Below are positions 9,968 to 18,000 of a stretch of DNA of 20,000 nt, piece after piece. Source of the DNA: an uncultured virus (IMG/VR IMGVR_UViG_3300025141_016052) (taxonomy: Duplodnaviria > Heunggongvirae > Uroviricota > Caudoviricetes); the IMG/VR virus record IMGVR_UViG_3300025141_016052; one strand, 5' to 3'. The position numbers were made by a program, and so were the translations under genes. A model generated the notes under the pieces. The model was not told where the DNA came from. It saw nothing but the letters and a program-made list of their open reading frames with translations, and searched no databases. Within the stretch, counting starts at the first letter, position 1, and every line of letters begins with the position of its first letter.

Positions 9968-12961
9968 ATGTCAATTATTAAGATTACAAATGACCTAATA
10001 GAGTCAGTTACACTCACGACTCATCCAAAGACAACTTTTGTCTCATCTTCGAAAGAATCTGTAAATGATGAGCCAGTATCAAGCGCAGGAATAACAAGCC
10101 CGACAGGGACACTTGGGCAGATAAGCCTGATGGCAAGAAGCAACAGGGTGATAAAAAGCCTAAGAGAGTATAATCCAGAAGATTTATTCTTTAATGCTAC
10201 TGAATCTGCTCTATTTAGTATTCTTGACTCTGCATCGAGTCTATCTGGAAGCACTACTGATATTCAAAGATATCTCGGATATGCCACAGACTGGCCGCAC
10301 ACATCAGTTGAGAACACAAACCCGGCACTCGGCGGGCATGTTGGCGGACATATTGGGTATATGGACCAAGTTACTAGCATGCCCAATCCTGCTAAGAATG
10401 AAAAAGTTTTTAATATTACTAGATTTAGGCCGCCATACATCTTTCAAAATATTGGAACATACGATACAATTGCATCTGCCAGCTTTGAAGGAAAGCACAG
10501 GATGGTTAAGAACCAAGTGAGAAACATTCTTCTTCCTCACTATAGGGCAAAAATTTCCCATCCAAACTACGCATACACGAACTATCATTCACTTAACTTC
10601 TTTACAGGTTCATCGCCTAATCACGTTGCATCTGGATCTAATTTCGACTACGGAGAAGGATTTTACTATCTAACAAGCTCAGTTCTAATGTACCCAGACA
10701 CTACAGGGTCTCTTGCAACAGAATTTTCCAGCTCAGATGAAGAAGAGTTGAGAACAAAAAGATTTAACGGAAAATATGCACCAGAGTCAGCATTTACATT
10801 TGACTTTTACATAAATCCAAGATACTCTGGTGATACACCAGCAGGGTCATACAATTCGACATCTAGATCTCCCCACTTTAGAGCCGGAACAATATTTCAC
10901 ATGAGCTCAACCTACGCTATAAGCCTAGTTTCAGGTTCTAGCAAAGATGATGACGGATCAACAAACGGATATAGGTTGCTTCTTCAGCTTTCTCAAAGCG
11001 CAGATTTTGCCCCCTCTTCTTTTAAGATGGTCTCAGATAGTGATAGGCCTATTTTCAAGGGAGTAGCGGGAAACTATAAGGCTGATCCGTTTTACTTCTC
11101 CTGGGTGTCACCTGACAACTCCCTTAAGAGAAACCACTGGCATCATGTTGCAATAAGATGGAGTCCAAAAGTCAATGGGGGAACAGGAAGCTTTGTCATA
11201 GATGGAAATACTGTATCAGAGTTCTGCATTACAGGGTCAAAAAGTATAAGACCGTTTGTCAATCAGACTTCTGCCGGTGATAGAGCAATCGGTGACTTTG
11301 ATAATGCTGGTAGGTCTGATCCAAATGCGCTATTTATAGGAAATTTCTATGAGGGAACAAATAGATTTGCAGGAACAACCGGTGGTACAAAAAATACAAC
11401 ATCTGTTCTGAGATTCTTTAATCTTACGGCTCAAAAGAACGAGGGATTCGAACCTGTACCGGTCGAACAATTGCAATCACCCGCGGATCTTATTTCAGCA
11501 ATTAGACACACAGACCCTACATACTTTAGATTTGTACATCCTCTAAATGCAGAGGTTCACGACCTTAAGATATACAACACTTACAGGACGCACTCTGAGA
11601 TATTGACTAGTTCTGCAAATGGCCCAGATGACCTTACAGATCTCCTGTTCTATGTTCCTCCGTTCTATACTTTTGAGAAGCACGATAGAAGATTTCTATC
11701 AACTGCCATCTCATCTTCAAGAAAGCAAGACTTTGCAGACTCCGGCGGTGCACACTATGACGACGATGAGGCTAGTGACAGGTACCCTGTTGACACCTAT
11801 GTTCAGCCGTTTACATCTATGCCATTTAATGCTGGTCTTTCAATGTGTGTAGACGCAACTATAATAAATTTAGAGAACTTTACAAAGGACTTTGTCACAA
11901 ATAGATATCCAAGACTTTTGTTTCTAACAGCTTCTTCAAATCTAGATAAGAGTACAAATAATCCCATCAATGCCAGCGGAGACCCAGGTGACCCGATTAA
12001 TTTGGTAAAGAGACATGTAGCCGATTACTTCTATTCAACAGGAACAATTGCAAAGAGATGCCTATCTGTACTGCCTTGTGATAACGGAAAGTTTCAACCA
12101 AATTATGGTCTAATATTTACAGCATCAAAGCCAGAGGTAGTTACATCTGGTTCGGAAGCGTGGCCATACAGAGATGATCTCGGAAATTTTGATCCAAGCC
12201 TAATAAACTTGAGTGATGTATTTGTTACAAGACCTGAAAATCTAATACTCGGCGATGTAACAGAAGAGGATGACTACGCAATTAGGACAGGTCTGGAATA
12301 CTGGGAAGACTCCGCCACCTATAATATGGTGACGCCAGACAACCTCCACTGTATTTATTTCGATTTTCATCACCTTACATCACTCAATGCATTCGGATCA
12401 TATCAGGCTTCTAGAGACCCGTCAAGCAATGAGATAGTTCTGTTTAATATTCCAAATTTATTTTATGGAAATAGAATTGAGCCAGGAACCGTCACCATAA
12501 CTGATAGCGACCTCAGTGGATCAAGAGGGCGAATATCAATTACGCTCAAAGATGACGGGCACGGATCTCTATATAGGGCAGATAGTGATACTGAGCACGC
12601 AACTGGAAATTGTGTTGGAAATATTTTTTATAATGAGGGAGTTGTCCTAATTAAGTCTCCTCACCTTAACATGTTTGGAAAGAAGCAGTTTAAGATGGAG
12701 TTTAATGGTGAGCAAAATATTCATGTCATGTCTGTCAATGTTCCATGTGTTCAGGGTTTAATTAATAGCTCATCAAATCCTGGGTTCAAGGTTTTATCGG
12801 CCTCCCTTAATGCAAATGATAGTGATCCTGAATTTGTATATATTACAGGAATCTACCTTCATGATGACAACATGAATGTTATAATGAAAGCAAATCTTTC
12901 ACAACCTGTTGTGAAGAGGGAATCTGATGATTTTCTATTTAGAGTTAAGATGGATTTTTGA
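9968..12961 (+). CDS. Putative virion protein (997 aa) with LamG/concanavalin A-like domain and C-terminal module paralogous to the preceding gene
   Basis: LamG-like motifs FTFDFYINP, NHWHHVAIRW...GSFVIDG, LFIGN and LNAEVHDLKIYNTYRTHSEI (about 10790-11605). The C-terminus VGNIFYNEG...INSSSNP...VYITGIYLHDDNMNVIMKANLSQPVVK...FRVKMDF aligns by eye with the 430-aa protein. SD GGGAG at 9956-9960. Confidence 0.65.
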   Translation: MSIIKITNDLIESVTLTTHPKTTFVSSSKESVNDEPVSSAGITSPTGTLGQISLMARSNRVIKSLREYNPEDLFFNATESALFSILDSASSLSGSTTDIQRYLGYATDWPHTSVENTNPALGGHVGGHIGYMDQVTSMPNPAKNEKVFNITRFRPPYIFQNIGTYDTIASASFEGKHRMVKNQVRNILLPHYRAKISHPNYAYTNYHSLNFFTGSSPNHVASGSNFDYGEGFYYLTSSVLMYPDTTGSLATEFSSSDEEELRTKRFNGKYAPESAFTFDFYINPRYSGDTPAGSYNSTSRSPHFRAGTIFHMSSTYAISLVSGSSKDDDGSTNGYRLLLQLSQSADFAPSSFKMVSDSDRPIFKGVAGNYKADPFYFSWVSPDNSLKRNHWHHVAIRWSPKVNGGTGSFVIDGNTVSEFCITGSKSIRPFVNQTSAGDRAIGDFDNAGRSDPNALFIGNFYEGTNRFAGTTGGTKNTTSVLRFFNLTAQKNEGFEPVPVEQLQSPADLISAIRHTDPTYFRFVHPLNAEVHDLKIYNTYRTHSEILTSSANGPDDLTDLLFYVPPFYTFEKHDRRFLSTAISSSRKQDFADSGGAHYDDDEASDRYPVDTYVQPFTSMPFNAGLSMCVDATIINLENFTKDFVTNRYPRLLFLTASSNLDKSTNNPINASGDPGDPINLVKRHVADYFYSTGTIAKRCLSVLPCDNGKFQPNYGLIFTASKPEVVTSGSEAWPYRDDLGNFDPSLINLSDVFVTRPENLILGDVTEEDDYAIRTGLEYWEDSATYNMVTPDNLHCIYFDFHHLTSLNAFGSYQASRDPSSNEIVLFNIPNLFYGNRIEPGTVTITDSDLSGSRGRISITLKDDGHGSLYRADSDTEHATGNCVGNIFYNEGVVLIKSPHLNMFGKKQFKMEFNGEQNIHVMSVNVPCVQGLINSSSNPGFKVLSASLNANDSDPEFVYITGIYLHDDNMNVIMKANLSQPVVKRESDDFLFRVKMDF

Positions 12962-13507
12962 ATGATACTTGGCATCGATATATCGACAAGCTGTACTGGA
13001 TGGTGTGTGATAGGACCAGATGGTCAATTAGTAAAGATGGGATATATAAGCCTCTCTAAGGATAAGTCACAGTTTAGAAAGGCAAAAAAAGTTAGACAGG
13101 AGCTATCTTCAATAAACATTGATCATGAAATTGAAAAGATATGCATAGAGGAGAATCTTCAAGCATTTAGACCTGGCCTATCATCGGCAAAGACGCTTTT
13201 AACACTTGCAAGATTTAACGGCATCGTTAGTTACCTTGCACAGGAAGAATTCTGCATTCAACCTGACTTTATTAATGTGAATACAGCTAGAAAGTCCCTT
13301 GGAATTAAAATTAAGCGTGCAAAGAACGGCGGAAAGCCAACAAAGGATCAGGTTCATGAGTGGGTTTCATCTCAGGTTGGCATAGAATACTCCTGGCCCA
13401 TAAAGACACTAAAGTCGGGACCAAGAAAGGGAAAGCAGATTTATGATCCAGCTTGCTTTGACATGGCAGATGCATACGTTATTGCAAGGGCTGGAATGAT
13501 TATTTAA
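12962..13507 (+). CDS. ruvC: RuvC-like Holliday junction resolvase
   Basis: RNase H-fold pattern ILGIDISTSCTGW (D6), ICIEE (E63), LARFNGIV helix and C-terminal DMADA (D167, D170), i.e. the four RuvC catalytic acidic residues; 181 aa. Confidence 0.85.
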   Translation: MILGIDISTSCTGWCVIGPDGQLVKMGYISLSKDKSQFRKAKKVRQELSSINIDHEIEKICIEENLQAFRPGLSSAKTLLTLARFNGIVSYLAQEEFCIQPDFINVNTARKSLGIKIKRAKNGGKPTKDQVHEWVSSQVGIEYSWPIKTLKSGPRKGKQIYDPACFDMADAYVIARAGMII

Positions 13508-13532
13508 AAACTTCTCATTCTTATGTTATTAT
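13503..13532 (+). promoter_or_regulatory. Candidate sigma70-like promoter for the primase (TTTAAA-N18-TATTAT, with extended -10 TG)
   Basis: TG at 13524-13525 and TATTAT at 13527-13532, 6 nt before the GTG start, with no SD. Same geometry as the site upstream of 15013. Confidence 0.35.
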
Positions 13533-13538
13533 TTCTAT

Positions 13539-14510
13539 GTGATAACTTTTACTCAAAAAATCTCTTTTCTTAGAAGAGCATTTGGATCATGTGATCTCGA
13601 TAGAAAGAAACAAAACGCAATATTTACCTGTCCTTCATGTGGAAAGGGAACTGGAAAGAAAAAGTTTTATGTCAATCTAGATACATGGCAGTGCCACTGC
13701 TGGTCCTGCGGAATAAAGGGTAAGACAGTTCTTCCCGTACTGAAGAAATACGGAACTAGAGATGAGGTTGAATTACTTTTAAAGTACCTTGGTAAAAGTG
13801 ATAGAGATGTAGTTGAAAACAGCTTGCTGGAAAAAGATAATGAAAGAATTTCTTTACCTGATGGGTTTATACTTCTTGCAGATAATCAAAACTCAATAGA
13901 TCCAGATATTAGGTCATGCATAAAATATCTAAAGTCTAGGGGAATAGGTGAAAAAGACTTATGGAGATATAGGCTTGGTGCTGTTACCTCTGGAAGGTTT
14001 AAGAGAAGAGTAATAATTCCCTCATTTGACATGTCAGGAGAATTAAACTTCTTTGTAACGAGAAGTGTCGATTCAGATGTTAGAAGAAAATATATTAATT
14101 CTAAAAACAATAAAAAGCTAATTGTATTTAATGAGATAGACATTGACTGGTCAAAAGAGCTTGTCATTGTCGAAGGTCCTTTTGATATGATAAATGTCAA
14201 AGGAAATTCTACCTGTCTACTTGGATCAAGTCTAAGAGAGGACTATCTTTTATTTTCAAGAATTGCTGCAAACTTAACACCTGTTCTTCTTGCACTAGAT
14301 GCTGACATGAAGAAAAAGGAGCAAGAAATTGCTAAGCTAATTAACTCCTACGGCTGTCAGGTCAGAATTATGGAGCTAGGAAAGTTTTCAGATGTTGGTG
14401 AAATGTCAAAAGATGATTTTCTTAAGCTAAGTTCTCAATCTAAGCACTGGGACCCGTCTTCAAGACTTAAGATGAAAATTGGATCGATTAGAAGTGGATC
14501 TCTTATCTAG
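13539..14510 (+). CDS. DNA primase, DnaG/TOPRIM type (T4 gp61-like)
   Basis: N-terminal Zn ribbon CPSC...CHCWSC, YLKSRGI, RRVIIPS...FFVTRS...KYIN catalytic-core motifs, and TOPRIM IVEGPFD and LALDAD. GTG start, 323 aa. Confidence 0.9.
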   Translation: MITFTQKISFLRRAFGSCDLDRKKQNAIFTCPSCGKGTGKKKFYVNLDTWQCHCWSCGIKGKTVLPVLKKYGTRDEVELLLKYLGKSDRDVVENSLLEKDNERISLPDGFILLADNQNSIDPDIRSCIKYLKSRGIGEKDLWRYRLGAVTSGRFKRRVIIPSFDMSGELNFFVTRSVDSDVRRKYINSKNNKKLIVFNEIDIDWSKELVIVEGPFDMINVKGNSTCLLGSSLREDYLLFSRIAANLTPVLLALDADMKKKEQEIAKLINSYGCQVRIMELGKFSDVGEMSKDDFLKLSSQSKHWDPSSRLKMKIGSIRSGSLI

Positions 14511-14517
14511 TTGGTAA

Positions 14518-14525
14518 TATTTATA
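14518..14525 (+). promoter_or_regulatory. Candidate late-type promoter TATTTATA
   Basis: In the 36-bp gap upstream of ORF 14547. It shares TATTTA with the site at 7908 and is the exact reverse complement of the T4 late promoter consensus TATAAATA. Confidence 0.35.
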
Positions 14526-14546
14526 TCTGCTCCATGGGAATGACAG

Positions 14547-14969
14547 ATGAAAATTGATATAATTCAACTTAGAAAGATGATCAGAGAAGTTATGGCTGAC
14601 CTTGAAGAAGACGCAATCTTCTCTAGGCCTGAAATGCTAGGTCTTCAGCCAGAAAAAGATATTCCAGGAAGAACATCACATAAGCTTTGTAAAAAATGTA
14701 TGAATAGGCACGAGAATGAATCTTGCCCTGGTGATAGTGATCTGGGAAGAAATCTAAGCTACAGCCATAAAAAATCAGGTGATTCAGAGGGAAGGATGAC
14801 AAGAAGCCAGCTATACAAGATAGGAAACTATGCCCAAAGTCTTCATGATATTATAAGAGATGATGATGATCTTCCTGAGTGGGTCCAGTCAAAGATAGCT
14901 GTTATGGATAATGATATAGGAAAGATAAAGCACTATATTGAGTACAAGTTAAATAGAATGAAAAGATGA
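14547..14969 (+). CDS. Phage hypothetical protein (140 aa), possible head-internal protein
   Basis: N-terminal amphipathic MKIDIIQLRKMIREVMADLEE, central CxxC-x3-H-x4-C, and C-terminal helical block EGRMTRSQLY...DDLPEWVQSKI...KHYIEY, which I recall from uncharacterised proteins of T4-like/large phages (unverified). SD-like GGGA at 14536-14539. Confidence 0.6.
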   Translation: MKIDIIQLRKMIREVMADLEEDAIFSRPEMLGLQPEKDIPGRTSHKLCKKCMNRHENESCPGDSDLGRNLSYSHKKSGDSEGRMTRSQLYKIGNYAQSLHDIIRDDDDLPEWVQSKIAVMDNDIGKIKHYIEYKLNRMKR

Positions 14970-14974
14970 CCTAC

Positions 14975-15005
14975 TTGTACACCTCTGATTTAAGTAGAAT
15001 AATAT
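14975..15005 (+). promoter_or_regulatory. Candidate sigma70-like promoter for the Mre11-Rad50 fusion (TTGTACA...TAATAT)
   Basis: TGTACA 14976-14981, N18, TAATAT 15000-15005, then 7 nt to ATG 15013 with no SD. Overlaps inverted repeat CTACTT (14971-14976) / AAGTAG (14992-14997). Confidence 0.35.
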
Positions 15006-15012
15006 ATCATAT

Positions 15013-18000
15013 ATGAGAATAATTCACATTGCAGACGTCCACTGGCGTGGTCTTTCTCGACATGATGAATATAGACAATCGTTTTCAGCGTTTATTGAAA
15101 AAGCTAAGAGCTTAAATCCTGACGTAATCTATATTGGTGGAGATATCGTTCACTCTAAGACTCAGGGAATATCTCCTGAGCTAATTGATTGTCTTACATG
15201 GTGGTTTCTAGAACTATCAAAAATTTGTCACATTCATGTCATATTGGGAAACCATGACGGCCTTCTAAACAACAAGCATCGCCAAGATGCAATTAGTCCA
15301 ATCCTATCAGCTCTGGATAGCAATAGAGTTCATCTATATAAGGAATCAGGTGTTTATCCGACGGGTGTATCTGGATTCAACTGGTGCGTTTTCTCTTGCT
15401 TTGATGAAGAGGGCTGGCATGATGTTTCGCCGATCGACGGAGATATAAATATTGCCCTATATCACGGTGGTGTGTGGGGGTCAAAGACTGATATTGACTG
15501 GGAGATAGAGGGAGAGGTTGATTTAGAGTTCTTTTCTGATTATGACTTTGCTCTTCTCGGAGATATTCATAAGACACAGTTTTTAAATGATTCAAAGACA
15601 GTTGCATATTGTGGATCGTCAATTCAGCAAAACTATGGTGAAGATCCCGGAAAGGGATTTTTATTTTGGGACATTAGAGGAAAAGATGACTTTGATGTAA
15701 GCTTTCATGAAATACCCCACAGTAAGCCATTTATCACTATAGACTGGCTTGGAAATGTTTCTTCTACACTGTCTTCAACGGGTAGCATGCCAGATGGATC
15801 AAGATTTAGAATAAGATCTGATAGAAAGATTCATCAATCTGATATAATAACACTCTATAGCCGACTAAAAGATTCTAAAAATGCAGAAGAGATAGTATTT
15901 AAAATAGATCATGAAGTAGATCCAGGAATAATAGAGACTGATGGAGAGGTTTTTTCAAAGAAAAATTTAAGAGATTTTTCAGTTCATCAAAGATTGATGC
16001 GAAATTATTATGAAAATACAGAAATATCAAGTAAGACTTGGGAGAAGATAGAGGAGAATATTTCAAGATATATTAGCAGCATCTCCAAAAGAGAGTCTGT
16101 AACTAGAAACACCAGGTGGTCAATTAATAAGCTAATGTTTGATAATACATTTGGATATGGAAAAGAAAACGTTCTAAATTTTGATAAGCTTGGCGGAATT
16201 ACTGGAATATTTGGAAAAAATAGACAGGGAAAGTCTTCAATAATTGGATCTCTAATGTACTGTCTTTACAATACGACAGATAGAGGTGGAATTAAAAATA
16301 TCCACATCATTAACACCAGAAAGAAGCATTGCAAGTCCAAGGTAAAGATATCAGTGAATGGTGCATATTACATGATAGAGAGGGCGACTGTAAAGCATCA
16401 GGCAAGAAAGGGTCATGTATATGCTACAACTGGCTTAAACATATTCAAGATTGATGAGAATGAAAATGTTATAGAGGATATGTCAGGAGAACAAAGGAGA
16501 GATACAGAAAAAATAGTCCAGAGTCTAATAGGGACATCTGAAGATTTCCTACTTACTTCTCTTGCATCTCAGGGCGAAATGAACTCTTTCATTAAGGAAA
16601 AAGCAACATCAAGAAAAAATATATTAAATAAATTTCTTGACCTTGAAATATTCGATCAAATGTTTACAATGGCAAAAGATGAGTCTTCTGAAATTAGGCT
16701 AAGGGCTAGAAATTTACCAAGAGTAGACTGGGATACTGAAATAGAAAGACAGTCTCTTGAAATTAAAGAAAAAAGAGGAAAGATTGATAAGATTGAAATC
16801 CTCTTAAACAAGCTAAGATCACAGCACCAGGAATTAAGAATACAGCTTGCAACTTCACCGGAAAAGGATGTAGTTACAAAACAGGATGTCAAAGATCAAA
16901 AAAAATTAATATCTAGTATTTTAAAGTCTCTATCTAGGTTAGAAAAAGATCTAAAAGAATTAACTTTGCTCTCTGAGGAATCGGGTGAAAAAATTAGAAA
17001 AATTGAACTTGTAAAATCTCAATTTCCACTAAGCCAGATAAAAGATAGTCTTATAGAGCTAAGAAATACAAAGACCGATCTTTTAAAGCTTGAGCATGAG
17101 CTAGATAGGCAGAAAACAGTTTTAAAAAATCAAGAAAAGTCAATTAAAAAACTTGAGGGAATTCCCTGTGGAGATAGCTTTCCTACATGCAAGTTTATTA
17201 AAGATTCACACAAAAACAAGGGAAAAGTAGAGGATCAAAGACAACTCATATCTGTTCTTTATTCACAAGCAAGGGATGCAAGAAAGAGAATTAAGAGTAT
17301 GGAAAATCAGGAGCTTGAGAAAAAGATTAAAAGATATGATGGTTTAATTAATAAAGAGTCAAATCTTAGAGCTGCAATATCTTCTACAAGCATAAGAATT
17401 CATGAATGCTCAAGTGAGCTATCACAATTGCAAAAAAAGCTTGAAAGTGCAAGAGATGAGCTTACTAACATGGAGATACATGTTATAGATGACACAGAAA
17501 ATAGTGCAACAATTAAGCTCAAGAAAAAAATATCTGAGATACTAGAAAAGATAACACAGACAGATGCCAGACGACTATCCCTTGTTGAACAGATCGGAAA
17601 GTGTGAAATGAAATTGTCCAATCTACAGTCAGAAAAAGAAGATTCAGACAAACTATCTAAAGAGCTTGAAGTCTATGATTTGATCATGCAGGCAGTTTCA
17701 AAGAAAGGAATTCCCAGACTTATTATGAGATCACAACTTCCTCATATAAACAACGAAATTGCAAAAATATTGCAAGGCGTTATGGGATTTACAGTTGAAC
17801 TAGAGGCAGATGTTGATACAAACTCAATGGATGTTCTTATCAACTATGGAGATTCAAAGAGAATTATTGAGCTTGGCTCTGGAATGGAAAAGATGATATC
17901 ATCTCTAGCAATACGTGTTGCATTAATAAATGTATCATCTCTTCCTAAACCTGACGTGTTTATTATTGATGAGGGATTTGGTACACTAGATGAGAATAAT

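Noticed and set aside
9968..12961. N-x-S/T sequons in the 997-aa protein
   Set aside because: About a dozen seen, roughly what the Asn/Ser/Thr content predicts, so there is no enrichment.
12959..12964. Possible TGA readthrough or recoded stop fusing the 997-aa protein to RuvC; alternative genetic code in general
   Set aside because: The 997-aa protein ends in the same ...DF* as its paralogue, RuvC starts at its canonical first strand, and TAA, TAG and TGA all terminate full-length genes with high coding density in code 11.
13537..13542. ATG-TGA start-stop element overlapping the primase GTG start
   Set aside because: A single 6-nt instance that easily arises by chance, with no supporting evidence of regulation.
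14971..14997. CTACTT/AAGTAG inverted repeat as an intrinsic terminator
   Set aside because: Only a 6-bp AT-rich stem with a 15-nt loop and no U-tract; at most an operator-like site.
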